From positions 64,001 to 128,000 of the forward strand of contig JBBRLQ010000010.1 of NCBI GenBank assembly GCA_038231275.1: a stretch of DNA of 64,000 nt, given 5' to 3'. Each line of letters opens with the position of its first letter. Positions within the stretch are counted from its first letter, which is position 1. A program made the position numbers and the translations under genes. This document shows positions 19,284 to 29,097 of the stretch, piece by piece. The notes beneath the pieces are model-generated. The model had not been told where the DNA came from, made no database searches, and worked only from the letters and a program-made list of their open reading frames with translations. The DNA is from Polyangiales bacterium (GTDB lineage Bacteria; Myxococcota_A; Polyangia; Polyangiales; Polyangiaceae).

Positions 19284-20047
19284 GGCTCAAGGCACTGGCG
19301 CTGTCGTCCGCGGTCGGAGTCTCGGCGATCGCGCTCCCCCTCACCGCGCGCGCCGACGACGAGTCGGGCGTCCTGAACTCGCGCCATCGTCGCTTCGCGT
19401 CGCCCCAAAATTTCGCCCTGGAGTTCCGCTTCGCGCCGTACAAGCCGCGCATCGACGAGGCGCCGGAGCTGACGGGCTCGCCGTACACGCGAACGTTCGG
19501 TTCGATGCCGCGCCTCGAGATCGCGATCGAGTTCGACTGGCAAGCGCTGCGCATTCCGCACTTCGGCACGTTCGGTCCAGGCCTCAGCGCCGGCTACACG
19601 TCGATGGGCGACAAGGCCCGCCTCAAGGCGAACCCGAGCCAGTCGAGCGGCGAGGACACGACGCTCGAGATTTATCCGCTCTACGGCGTCGCGGTCCTGC
19701 GCGCCGACGTCGTCATGCGCGAGCTCCACATCCCGCTCGTCCCGTACGCCAAGGCCGGCGTGGGCATGGCCTTCTGGCGCGCGTCGACGACAGGCGGCAC
19801 CGCGCAGGCGACCGACGGCGTGTCCGGCAAAGGTCACACGGTCGGCGCGCAGTTCGCGGTCGGCATCGGCCTCCACCTCAACGCGTTCGACAAGGCCGCG
19901 TCGGTGAACCTCGACAACAGCGTCGGCATCAACAACACCTACGCGTTCTTCGAGCTCATGAGCGCGCAGCTGACCGGACTCGGCCAGACGCACGCGCTCT
20001 TCGTCGGCACCAACACCTGGGTGACCGGCCTCGCCTTCGAGATGTAG
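19280..20047 (+). CDS. Outer-membrane beta-barrel protein (MXAN_2562-like)
   Basis: GTG overlaps upstream stop (GTGA); signal peptide; SPQNFALEFRFAPY, amphipathic strands, C-terminal WVTGLAFEM. Confidence 0.75.
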   Translation: MRLKALALSSAVGVSAIALPLTARADDESGVLNSRHRRFASPQNFALEFRFAPYKPRIDEAPELTGSPYTRTFGSMPRLEIAIEFDWQALRIPHFGTFGPGLSAGYTSMGDKARLKANPSQSSGEDTTLEIYPLYGVAVLRADVVMRELHIPLVPYAKAGVGMAFWRASTTGGTAQATDGVSGKGHTVGAQFAVGIGLHLNAFDKAASVNLDNSVGINNTYAFFELMSAQLTGLGQTHALFVGTNTWVTGLAFEM

Positions 20048-20081
20048 AGGCGCCTCGGTCGCGCTCGCGCGTCGCGCGTGC

Positions 20082-20435
20082 CTACTCGATCTTGAACTTC
20101 TTGCCGACGCTGACGGGGTCGCCCTTGAAGGCGGGGACCTTCGCGCGGCGGTACTCCTTCACGATGCACTTCTCTGCCTTCGTGCCGCCGAACGGGCCTT
20201 GATCGAGCACGGCGCCCGCGGCGCTGCCGCTCGGCGCGAACGTGACGATGACGTGCCCTTCGCCGATGGGTCCCTTCTTCAGCTTGCACCTGCCGACGTC
20301 GACGCCCGACAAGGCGGACGCCGCGGCATCGCGACTGAATGCCTCGTCGCTCGCCGCGGCGCGCGCGTCGAAGCATAGGAGGAGGCCGAGGGTGACGGTG
20401 ACGAGGCAGCGGGGGATGTTGAGAGCGGGTCGCAT
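20082..20435 (-). CDS. Small exported protein with AgmX/PglI C-terminal-like (TonB-C-like) domain
   Basis: Signal peptide; C..GPIGEGHVIVTFAPSG...FGGTKAEKCI...VPAFKGDPVSV. Confidence 0.65.
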   Translation of the reverse strand: MRPALNIPRCLVTVTLGLLLCFDARAAASDEAFSRDAAASALSGVDVGRCKLKKGPIGEGHVIVTFAPSGSAAGAVLDQGPFGGTKAEKCIVKEYRRAKVPAFKGDPVSVGKKFKIE

Positions 20436-20577
20436 CGAGGTGGACACTACGCAAGCATCGCGCCCACGCGGTCGCAAGCGGCGACCTCGCAATCGTAGGC
20501 TTTTCTTTGCCGGGAAAAGCGCACCGGTGGTGCGCGTGTTGTCCATGTGAGGGCTGGCAGCTACAGTTTTTGTTTAC

Positions 20578-21048
20578 GTGATCCACGCACGCGAAAAAAT
20601 TTTGGCGCTGCTGCTCGTGAGCGCGTGCGGAGGGCAAAATCCTGCCGTTTCGTCTCACGTGCGTCCCTCGTCCGACGGGGTCGTTGCGCCGTCGCCGATC
20701 TCGTCGGGGGATGCGCCGCCCGTGGACGAAGAGCCGGAGCGCGCGAGCCCGTCGCGATCGCTCTACGTCACCGGTCCGCGCACGATCGGCGGTGGTGAGC
20801 ATTCGAGCGAACGACCGCGCTACCACGGCGCGCGCATCGATCTCGACGTGAAGGGGGCCGATCTCCACGAGGTGTGTCGCCTCATCGCCGACGTCGGCAA
20901 GGTGAACATCGTGGTGTCGGACGACGTGAAGGGCACCGTCACGATCAAGATGAAGGGCGTGCCTTGGGATCAGGCGCTCGACACGATCCTGCGCGCGAAG
21001 GGATACCGTACCGAGCGCGACGGAAGCGTCATCCTCGTCTTGCGGTAA
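20578..21048 (+). CDS. Lipoprotein with a single secretin N0/STN domain
   Basis: Lipobox LVSAC; YHGARIDLDVKGADLHEVCRLIADVGKVNIVVSDDVKGTVTIKMKGVPWDQALDTIL matches the PilQ N0 pattern. Confidence 0.8.
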   Translation: MIHAREKILALLLVSACGGQNPAVSSHVRPSSDGVVAPSPISSGDAPPVDEEPERASPSRSLYVTGPRTIGGGEHSSERPRYHGARIDLDVKGADLHEVCRLIADVGKVNIVVSDDVKGTVTIKMKGVPWDQALDTILRAKGYRTERDGSVILVLR

Positions 21049-21059
21049 GCTGCGACGCG

Positions 21060-21914
21060 ATGCACGCGACGAAGCCGAGCCGAACGGCGATCTGGGTGGC
21101 CCTCTGGCGCGGCGTCGCGCGCTTCGAGCGCCCGCCGATCGTGAGCGACAGCTTCGCCGACGCGCTGGTCCCAATGCCGTACCGGCCCATCCTCGACGTC
21201 GCGCGCGCTCTCCCCCGGACGAGTGGAGTCGTGCTCGGCGCATTCGATCGCGTCACGCAAGGACGCAGCCGTCACATGGCGCTCCGCACGCGTGCGATCG
21301 ACGACGCGATCGAGGACGCCGTCCGTCGCGGCGCGCGCCAGCTCGTCCTCCTCGGCGCCGGCCTCGACGCGCGCGCGTGGCGCATGGACGCGCTCCGCAC
21401 GTGCACGGTCTTCGAGGTCGACCACCCTTCGACGCAGACGTACAAGCGCGCCCACGTCGAGGGCCTCGTGCCCACCGCGCGGAAGGTGAAATTCGTCGAC
21501 GTGGACTTCGAGCGGCAGGATCTCGGCGAGCGCCTCCGTGAGGCCGGGCACGACGCCGCCACGCCGAGCGTTTTCGTCTGGGAGGGCGTCACGATGTACC
21601 TGACGCAGGCCGCCATCGACGGCACGCTCGCGGCGGTCTCTCGCATCGCGGCGCCAGGCTCGACGCTCGCCACGACATACCACTCCGGCGCGCACATCGC
21701 GCCGCTCTCCCTCGCGGTGCGCGTCGTCCGAGAGCCCTTCGTCTCCGTGTTCCTGCCGCCCGCGATCGCGTCGATCGTGGCCGCGCACGGCTTCACGGTG
21801 ACGAGCGACGAGAGCGATCCGGAGTGGCGGCAGCGGTACTACGGCGCATCCACGCCCTTCGCCGTGGAGCGCCTGGTCTGCGCGAAAAAAGAGGCGCCGG
21901 CAATTTCGGCCTGA
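21060..21914 (+). CDS. SAM-dependent methyltransferase (leucine carboxyl methyltransferase-like)
   Basis: RTRAIDD, QLVLLGAGLDARAWR, FEVDHP, WEGVTMYL. Confidence 0.9.
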   Translation: MHATKPSRTAIWVALWRGVARFERPPIVSDSFADALVPMPYRPILDVARALPRTSGVVLGAFDRVTQGRSRHMALRTRAIDDAIEDAVRRGARQLVLLGAGLDARAWRMDALRTCTVFEVDHPSTQTYKRAHVEGLVPTARKVKFVDVDFERQDLGERLREAGHDAATPSVFVWEGVTMYLTQAAIDGTLAAVSRIAAPGSTLATTYHSGAHIAPLSLAVRVVREPFVSVFLPPAIASIVAAHGFTVTSDESDPEWRQRYYGASTPFAVERLVCAKKEAPAISA

Positions 21915-21944
21915 GCGCTCCCGCGCGCTACCATCTCTTTTGGA

Positions 21945-23021
21945 ATGATGCGCACGCGCGGCCTCCTTTTGGGGCTCATCTGCGCCACGGCGTGCTCGGC
22001 GGGTCACGCCGAGGTGCGCAGGCCATCCTCCATTTCTGCCTCGACCGGCGCCGTGTTCGCGCCGGGCGTGCGGCCGATCGGTCGCGTCGACGTGCAGGAT
22101 CCCGCAGGGCCGCGCTTCGCGTGGTCGGGGGCTGGCTTGGCAGTGCGTTTTCACGGCACGCAGCTGGACGCGCGGATCAAGGCGGTTTGGGGCGACGCGC
22201 TTCAGATAACGGTCGATGGGAAGCCGGCGCCGACGATCCAGCTCCGCGCAGAGAAGGAGAACTACGCGATCGTCTCGGGCCTCCCCGAAGGCGACCACGA
22301 GGTCGACCTCGTCAAGCGAACGGAAGCCCGGGTCGGCGAGGTGCAGCTCCTCGGCTTCACGCAGCCTCTGCTGGATCCGCCGCCCGCGCCGCCGCGCCGC
22401 ATCGAGATCGTCGGCGACTCGATCAGCGCGGGATACGGTAACGAAGGCCCCGACCAGCACTGCCGCTTCACGCCGCAGACCGAGAACGCGACCATCACGT
22501 ACGGCGCTCTCGCCGCCAAGAACCTCGGCGCCGAGGCGTCGATCGTCGCATGGAGCGGCAAGACGATCGACGAGGTCGCCTCCCTCTACGAGCGCGCGCT
22601 CCCGACGCGACCGGACAACCGCTGGGATCCCCGCGGATTCGTGCCCGACGCGGTCGTCGTCAACCTCGGCACCAACGACGTCACGCGCGGCGACGGCCAG
22701 GCTCCGTTCGTCGCGTCGCTCCTCAAGCTCGTCGATCGCGTACGCGCGCAGCATGCGAACGTGCCGGTGGTCCTTTGCGTCGGCTCGATGCTCACCGACA
22801 CGTATCCTCCCGGAAAGCAGACGCTCACCCGCGCGCGTGCCGGCGTTCGCGCGGCGGTGGATCAGAAGAGGAAGGCGGGAGACCTTCGCGTGAGCTACCT
22901 CGAGTTTCCGACGCAAGACCCTGGGGTCGGCTACGGATGCGACTACCATCCCAGCGCGAGGACCCACCAGATGATGGCCGAGCGCTTGACCCAGCACCTG
23001 AAGACGGAGCTCGGCTGGTAA
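21945..23021 (+). CDS. SGNH/GDSL esterase (CE2-like), exported
   Basis: KRTE, IVGDSISAGYG, NLGTND, GCDYHP. Confidence 0.85.
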   Translation: MMRTRGLLLGLICATACSAGHAEVRRPSSISASTGAVFAPGVRPIGRVDVQDPAGPRFAWSGAGLAVRFHGTQLDARIKAVWGDALQITVDGKPAPTIQLRAEKENYAIVSGLPEGDHEVDLVKRTEARVGEVQLLGFTQPLLDPPPAPPRRIEIVGDSISAGYGNEGPDQHCRFTPQTENATITYGALAAKNLGAEASIVAWSGKTIDEVASLYERALPTRPDNRWDPRGFVPDAVVVNLGTNDVTRGDGQAPFVASLLKLVDRVRAQHANVPVVLCVGSMLTDTYPPGKQTLTRARAGVRAAVDQKRKAGDLRVSYLEFPTQDPGVGYGCDYHPSARTHQMMAERLTQHLKTELGW

Positions 23022-23082
23022 CGGCCAGTTCGATTTGCAAATGAGGACGCCTCGCGGGAGCCAAGAGCTGGTGAGGTCCGAA

Positions 23083-23898
23083 ATGAAGAGGATGAAGTTG
23101 CGCGCGGGGGCGCTCGTGGCGTTGGTCGGCATCGCGGCGCCGGCAGTATTTGGCGCATGCGGGGGCGAGCAGGCGAGTCCGAGCGCGAACGACGCGGGTT
23201 CGAGCAGCTCCGGAGCCAGCGGCTCCAACGCGTCGAGCGGAGCGAGTGGAAGTGGGTCCAGCAGCAGCAGCGGAACCAGCGGCACGAGCGGGACCGGCGG
23301 GTCGAGTGGTACCAGCGGAGCCAGTGGAACGAGCGGAACCAGCGGGTCGAGTGGTTCCAGCGGAACCAGCGGGTCGAGCGGCGATGGCGGACAAAGCACG
23401 CTCTACGATCGCCTCGGCGGGCATTCGGGCATCAAGCAGATCCTGACGGACGTATTGGTCCACCTCCTGCAAGACCCCCATCAGAAGACGTATTTCGTAC
23501 TCAACGCGCCGCCCCTCGGCCTGCACCCGTCGGGCGCGGACATCATCGAATGTTTCACCGCGCTCCTGGACTCTGCGGTCCCGGGTGGTCCGGGGACGCC
23601 GTACCCCCCCGCGCCGCTCGCAAGCGGCTACACCTGCCGCGGCCTCGCGGAGGCTCACCACGGGATGCTCGCGGACGGCGGCACCAGCCGCGCGGACGAG
23701 TTGAATTACCGCATTCCGAATGGCATCTTCAACGACTTCGTCCTGATCGCCGCAGCGACTGCCGCAAGCGCGCCGCACAACATCAAGCCCGCCGACGTGA
23801 ACGCGCTCGGAGCCCTCTTGGGGTCCACACGAGCGTCGGTCGTCGATCCCAGCCAGCCGGACTCCGGCGACTTCGACGCGTCGGCATACACGGATTGA
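23083..23898 (+). CDS. Lipoprotein with Gly/Ser linker and group I truncated-hemoglobin-like domain
   Basis: Lipobox FGAC; (SGT)n linker; TLYDRLGG, D...YF, GGPG..Y, AEAHHGM (proximal His), IFNDFV. Confidence 0.7.
   Translation: MKRMKLRAGALVALVGIAAPAVFGACGGEQASPSANDAGSSSSGASGSNASSGASGSGSSSSSGTSGTSGTGGSSGTSGASGTSGTSGSSGSSGTSGSSGDGGQSTLYDRLGGHSGIKQILTDVLVHLLQDPHQKTYFVLNAPPLGLHPSGADIIECFTALLDSAVPGGPGTPYPPAPLASGYTCRGLAEAHHGMLADGGTSRADELNYRIPNGIFNDFVLIAAATAASAPHNIKPADVNALGALLGSTRASVVDPSQPDSGDFDASAYTD
23197..23390 (+). repeat. Low-complexity Ser/Gly/Thr coding repeat (9-bp period)
   Basis: Degenerate AGCGGAACC / AGCGGGTCG units encoding SGT/SGS. Confidence 0.8.
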
Positions 23899-23991
23899 CA
23901 CGGATTGACTGTTGGGTCGCTACCGTCGCTTGCCCGTTCCGTCAAACGACGTTCGCTCTAACGCACCCGGTTTTGCTACCGTGTCGCTCGG

Positions 23992-25458
23992 ATGGTGATC
24001 CGCCGCGCCGCGCTGTTCCTCGTTTCCCTCGCCGCCCTGTCGTGTGGAAAGTCGGACTCCTCTTCTCCGGACGCGACCCCGACCGCGACCGCGTCGGCGG
24101 CCGCGTCCTCGACCCCGACCGCGTCAGCGACTCCGACCGCATCGGCGACTCCGAGCCCGACCGCGTCCTCGACTTCCACGCCGACTCCCACTTCCTTCGT
24201 CGCGTGGATGCGCGCGCACGTCCCGGCGTCCGCGAAGGTCGAGCCCGACGGCGCCGGCGTGAAGGTCCTCCACACCGTCGCGGCAGGAGACACCTACCTG
24301 ACGATCGCGACCGCCTACCTCGACGTCGCGGACATCTACCACGCGAAGGACTTCGCCACCGCCATCCAGAAGAAGGTGCCGGCGCTCGCCGTCGGCAGCG
24401 CGATCGAGATCCCGAACCTCGTCACCGCGCCGCACAAGGATCCGCTCGAGGAGCGCCTCCTGTGGCCCGAGGACAAAGCCCTCCGCGGCGTGTTCATCAC
24501 CGGCGTGTACGCGAGCCTCTACTGGGCGCAGACGCTCGACAAGGTCGCCGCGCGCAAGATGAACGCGATCGTCCTCGACGCGAAAGACTACATGGGGCCC
24601 ATCACCTACCCGACGAAGGTGAAGCTCGCGAACGACATGGAAGCGGCCAAAAATCCGCCGATCCCCGACATGGCGCGGGCCATTCGCTTCGCGCATCAAA
24701 AGGGGATCCGCATCATCCTGCGCGTCCCGTGCTTCCACGATCCGCTCGCGGCGAAGAAGGCGCCGCGCCTCTCGCTCATGGGGACGTGGGGCGGGCCGAT
24801 GGACATGGGGTGGCTCGATCCGACGAACGAAGAAGCGCAGGATTACGTGATCGACATCGTCAAGGAGGGCATCTCGTTCGGCGCCGACGAGATCCAGCTC
24901 GACTACATTCGCTTCCCCGTCGTGGGTCCCGTGAAGAGCATGAAGCTCCCGCCCGCAAAGAACGGCGAACGCATCCGCGCGATTCGCGACATCGTGCACA
25001 AGATCCACGACGTCACGAGCGCGTCCAAGGTGCCTCTGTCGCTCGACATCTTCGGCGTCACGGCGACCGGCGACAGGTCCGACTGGGAGGCGCTTGGCCA
25101 GGACATCTCGGTGCTCGGCGCGGAGTGCGAGGCGCTCAGCCCCATGGTGTATCCCTCACACTACGATAAGGGCTACCGCGGCTGGGACGAGCCCGGCAAT
25201 CATCCCGAGATCATCGGCATCGGCACGAAGGCCGCGGTGAAGTACCTCGAAGGCGCGAAGCCGAAGCCGACCGCGGTCATCCGCTCGTGGCTCCAAGCGT
25301 TCGCGTGGAAGACGCCGGTGTACGGTCCGAAGTACCTCGTCGAAGAGGCGCGTCAGGCCGAGACCAACGGCGGCGTCGGGTGGCTGATGTGGAGCCCCGG
25401 CAACGACTACTACGCCGCGTGGATCGGGTGGCCGCCCGTGGACACCAAGAAGCCCTGA
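23992..25458 (+). CDS. Lipoprotein with LysM-like domain and putative glycoside hydrolase (DUF4015-like)
   Basis: Lipobox ALSC; Thr/Pro linker; HTVAAGDT; WLDP, GADEIQLDYIRFP, SPMVYPSHY, RSWLQAF. Confidence 0.8.
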   Translation: MVIRRAALFLVSLAALSCGKSDSSSPDATPTATASAAASSTPTASATPTASATPSPTASSTSTPTPTSFVAWMRAHVPASAKVEPDGAGVKVLHTVAAGDTYLTIATAYLDVADIYHAKDFATAIQKKVPALAVGSAIEIPNLVTAPHKDPLEERLLWPEDKALRGVFITGVYASLYWAQTLDKVAARKMNAIVLDAKDYMGPITYPTKVKLANDMEAAKNPPIPDMARAIRFAHQKGIRIILRVPCFHDPLAAKKAPRLSLMGTWGGPMDMGWLDPTNEEAQDYVIDIVKEGISFGADEIQLDYIRFPVVGPVKSMKLPPAKNGERIRAIRDIVHKIHDVTSASKVPLSLDIFGVTATGDRSDWEALGQDISVLGAECEALSPMVYPSHYDKGYRGWDEPGNHPEIIGIGTKAAVKYLEGAKPKPTAVIRSWLQAFAWKTPVYGPKYLVEEARQAETNGGVGWLMWSPGNDYYAAWIGWPPVDTKKP

Positions 25459-25468
25459 CCCCGATCGC

Positions 25469-26722
25469 GTGGCAAACCGAGCGAACGCGGAGCCCGTACC
25501 TCCCGGTGAGCCCGTGACGGAGCGCGCGGACGTCCTCGTGATCGGGGGCGGCATCTTGGGGTGTGCGACGGCGATGACGCTCGCGACCGGCGCGCCGCGC
25601 GCGCGCGTGATCCTCGTGGAGAAGGAGGACGCGCTGGCGGCGCATCAGACCGGTCACAACAGCGGCGTCATCCACGCCGGGCTTTATTACAAGCCGGGAT
25701 CGCTCAAGGCGAAGACGTGCGCAGAGGGGCGGTCATTGCTCGAGCGCTTTTGCGAGGAGCACGACGTCCCGTTCGAGCGGTGCGGCAAGGTGGTCGTGGC
25801 GACGCGTGAGGAGCATCTCCCGCGCTTGGAGGAGCTCGAGCGACGCGGGCGCGCGAACGGCCTCATGGGGATCACGCGTCTGTCGGCGGAGGCGCTGCGA
25901 GAGCATGAGCCGCATGCTGCCGGCATCGCGGGGCTTCACGTCGCCGAGACGGGCATCGTCGACTACCGCAAGGTGACCGAGGCCTACGCGCGCGTGGCGA
26001 AGGCTGCTGGAGCCGACGTGATCCTCGGTGCACGCGTGATCTCGATCGTTCGCGACGCAGGCGAGGTCGTCGTCACGACGACGCGTGGGGAGCATCGCGC
26101 GCGCGCCCTCGTCAACTGCGCAGGGCTCGCCAGCGATCGCATCGCGCGCCTCGCCGGCGTCGATCCCGGCGTGCGTATCGTGCCGTTCCGCGGTGAGTAC
26201 TACGAGCTCGCGGAGGACCGGCGCGGCCTCGTGAAGAACCTCATTTATCCGGTGCCCGATCCGGCGTTCCCGTTCCTCGGCGTTCACTTCACGCGGCGCA
26301 TCGGCGGCGAGGTCGAGGCGGGGCCCAACGCGGTCTTGGCGTTCGCGCGCGAAGGGTACAAGAAGACGTCGTTCTCGATGAGGGACGCGCTCGAGATCGC
26401 CGCGTTCGCGGGGACGTGGCGGCTCGTCGCGCGGCACTGGCGCACGGGCGTGGGCGAAATGTGGCGATCGCTGAGCAAGGCGGCGTTCACCGAAGCGCTG
26501 CGCGAGCTCGTTCCGGAGCTCGTTGCCACGGACATCGTGCCGGCGGGCTCTGGCGTTCGCGCGCAGGCGATGCGCGCGTCGGGCGATCTGGTCGATGATT
26601 TTCACATCGTCGAGGCGGAGGGAATGGTGCACCTCCTGAACGCGCCATCGCCTGCTGCCACCGCCTCGCTCGCAATCGCGCGGACGGTGGCAGAGCGCGT
26701 GCGCACGATGCTTGCGGCCTGA
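25469..26722 (+). CDS. lhgO: L-2-hydroxyglutarate oxidase
   Basis: IGGGILG, HQTGHNSGVIHAGLYYKPGSLKA, PFRGEYY, PFLGVHFT, NAPSPAATAS; start may be GTG 25514. Confidence 0.92.
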   Translation: MANRANAEPVPPGEPVTERADVLVIGGGILGCATAMTLATGAPRARVILVEKEDALAAHQTGHNSGVIHAGLYYKPGSLKAKTCAEGRSLLERFCEEHDVPFERCGKVVVATREEHLPRLEELERRGRANGLMGITRLSAEALREHEPHAAGIAGLHVAETGIVDYRKVTEAYARVAKAAGADVILGARVISIVRDAGEVVVTTTRGEHRARALVNCAGLASDRIARLAGVDPGVRIVPFRGEYYELAEDRRGLVKNLIYPVPDPAFPFLGVHFTRRIGGEVEAGPNAVLAFAREGYKKTSFSMRDALEIAAFAGTWRLVARHWRTGVGEMWRSLSKAAFTEALRELVPELVATDIVPAGSGVRAQAMRASGDLVDDFHIVEAEGMVHLLNAPSPAATASLAIARTVAERVRTMLAA

Positions 26723-26734
26723 GGCCGCCCCTCG

Positions 26735-28006
26735 TCACTTCGCGACGCGAGGCTCGGCGTAGGTCTTTCCAGGCTCGATCGCCTCGACGTAACGGCTGGT
26801 CCAGATGCTCGCGAAGAACGCGTCGAGGCGCGCCGGCAACGCGCCGCCCGCGACCACGAGCCCGACGTTCCTGCTCGCGTAGAAGTAGTCCCGCTCCCAG
26901 TTGCTGGTCCCGACCCACGCGCGCGCGCCGTCGACCACCATGTACTTGGCGTGGGCGACACGCGCGAACGGGATGAAGCCCGACGAGTGCAGTGGAATGC
27001 GGATGAAGCGAACGGAGAGGCCCGGTTTTCCGCTCGCCTTCAGCCGCTCGCCCGCGGCCGCGAGCTCTTGCAGGTGCGTCACGCTGTCCTTGCGGAGCGC
27101 CCACTCCGACACGAGAAGCGATACCTCGACGCCGCGCTGCGATGCGCGGACGAGGGCATCCTCGAGGTCGTGCATCTCGCCGCCGTGTCCGGAGACGCGG
27201 TAGGTGAGCACCTCGACGTGCACCGACGCGCGCGCGTCGTCGATGAGGCGAACGAGCTGCGGGAGATCCCAACGCGCGGGATCCGGCAAGAGATCGCGAG
27301 GGCTCGCGGCGAGCGTCACCGTCGCGCCGTCCAGAGACTCGGGAGGAGGAGGCGCGAGGGACGCGGTCGGCGGGGGCGTAGCCTTCGACGCCGGATCATT
27401 CGGCGCGCCTGCGGCACGCCAGTCCGACTCGAAGATTGCGGCGAGCGCGCGGACCTGCTCCGGCGCGCGAAAACGAACGCCGACCTCGAGGATGTGCTCG
27501 AGCGCGCGCCAGTCGAAATTCTGCGAGCCCAAGCACGCCTCGGCGCCGTCGACGACGATGTACTTCGCGTGGAGGACGCCGCCGCCCACGCCACGCGTGC
27601 TCCAGTCGATCCTCCGCACCTCCACGTTCGCGCGCGCGGCGAGCCGATCGAGCGTCTCGGGGTATTGCCCGTAAAATTTCTCGTCGGCGAGGACGCGCAC
27701 GTGAACGCCGCGCGCCGCCGCGTCCTCCAGCGCGCGCACGGACGGCTCGAGCGCCGAGCGCGGTTGGTCCGCGAGGTAGAACTCGGCGAGGTCGATCCGC
27801 GTCCGCGCGGCGGCGAACATCGCCGGCCACACGTCCTTTGCGTCGCGAACGTCGGCGTGGTCGAGCGTCGTCTCCGCCGGCCACGACTCGACGAGCTCGA
27901 GCGCCGCCGCCGTTCGAACGGCGGGTGACGTGGGTGGCGTTGGTGACGTGGGCGTCGCGGCGCAGCCGGCCGACAGCGCGAGCCCGACGATCCACCGCGC
28001 GCGCAT
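26735..28006 (-). CDS. Phospholipase D family lipoprotein
   Basis: Two HKD motifs (LHAKYIVVD, AHAKYMVVD) with GSQN/GTSN; lipobox LSAGC. Confidence 0.9.
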   Translation of the reverse strand: MRARWIVGLALSAGCAATPTSPTPPTSPAVRTAAALELVESWPAETTLDHADVRDAKDVWPAMFAAARTRIDLAEFYLADQPRSALEPSVRALEDAAARGVHVRVLADEKFYGQYPETLDRLAARANVEVRRIDWSTRGVGGGVLHAKYIVVDGAEACLGSQNFDWRALEHILEVGVRFRAPEQVRALAAIFESDWRAAGAPNDPASKATPPPTASLAPPPPESLDGATVTLAASPRDLLPDPARWDLPQLVRLIDDARASVHVEVLTYRVSGHGGEMHDLEDALVRASQRGVEVSLLVSEWALRKDSVTHLQELAAAGERLKASGKPGLSVRFIRIPLHSSGFIPFARVAHAKYMVVDGARAWVGTSNWERDYFYASRNVGLVVAGGALPARLDAFFASIWTSRYVEAIEPGKTYAEPRVAK

Positions 28007-28011
28007 GCTCG

Positions 28012-29058
28012 CTACGCCGGGAGGGCCACGACCGCCGGGAGCGTCCACTCCGTTCGGCTGCGCAGGAGCGCGACGATCTCGTCATTCGATCGGGGCGTCG
28101 CGCCGAGGTGGACGAAGCGCCGAGCGAGCCAGTCGTACCGCCCGAGCATCAGCAGCAGCCACACGCCGAAGTAGTCGATCCCGCGAAACACGATCGCGCG
28201 CTCGCTCTCGTAGCTCCCGACGTTGCGCAGGAAATCTCCGGGCATGTCGGTCCAGTGCATCGTCGCCTTGAGGTGGTGACCGATGTGGTAGCCGTCGTTG
28301 AAGCAGCGGCGGTTGTAGCCGGAGTCGATGCACGTGATGCTGTTGCGGTACGAGCACTCCGGCGACGCCTCATCCACGAAGGCGTGCTGCGCCCAGTTGC
28401 CGGCCATCATCCCGAAGCGCGTGATGACGAACGGCGCGACGAACACCGCGACGGTCGCGCGCCAATCGAAATAGAGGAGGGCGCCCATCCCCACGAGGAA
28501 CGACAGCTCGCCGACGACGCACCGGACGAGGAGCGTGCGGCGCTTCTTGCGCGCGAAATACCCCGAGAGCTCGAAGATCCCGACGAAAAAGAAGCGCAAA
28601 AAATAATGGAGAAACGCGATGAAGCTGTCGCGCCGGTAGCCGATGGTCGAGCTGAGATCCGCCCGCAGGTTGTTCTCGGCGTGGTGCATGCCGACGTGGT
28701 GCGCGAAGAACGTGTCCGGCGACTCGCCGAAGAACGGCCCGAGCACCCACGGGATGATCAGGTTCAGCCGCGACCAGCGCGTATTGAAGAAGCGTCGATG
28801 GCTCGTGTTGTGGAGCATGAGGACGAACGGCCCCATGAAGAAGATGACGAGCACGATGTGGAGCGCCGCCAGCCAAAGGCTGAAGAGACCGGGCACGAAG
28901 AGCGCTACGCCGGTGGGCACCACAGTGAGAGAGATGCGCGCAATGAGGCCGACGAACGGCATGTCGCGTTCGTCGCTCAAGAGCTTCCGCACGAGGCGCT
29001 CGCCGAGCCAGGGATCGGGGCGAGTCGTGTGAATCGGATCTCGGCCGGTGATTTCCAT
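28012..29058 (-). CDS. Membrane fatty acid desaturase
   Basis: His boxes LHNTSH, HHVGMHH, YHIGHH; TM segments. Confidence 0.85.
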   Translation of the reverse strand: MEITGRDPIHTTRPDPWLGERLVRKLLSDERDMPFVGLIARISLTVVPTGVALFVPGLFSLWLAALHIVLVIFFMGPFVLMLHNTSHRRFFNTRWSRLNLIIPWVLGPFFGESPDTFFAHHVGMHHAENNLRADLSSTIGYRRDSFIAFLHYFLRFFFVGIFELSGYFARKKRRTLLVRCVVGELSFLVGMGALLYFDWRATVAVFVAPFVITRFGMMAGNWAQHAFVDEASPECSYRNSITCIDSGYNRRCFNDGYHIGHHLKATMHWTDMPGDFLRNVGSYESERAIVFRGIDYFGVWLLLMLGRYDWLARRFVHLGATPRSNDEIVALLRSRTEWTLPAVVALPA

Positions 29059-29097
29059 TTGGCGGGGGCGGGACCCTAGCACGGGCGCCTCGCTGCG

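Noticed and set aside
26735..28006. PLD gene as an anti-phage nuclease
   Set aside because: It has a lipoprotein signal and two HKD motifs, and no defence-island context.
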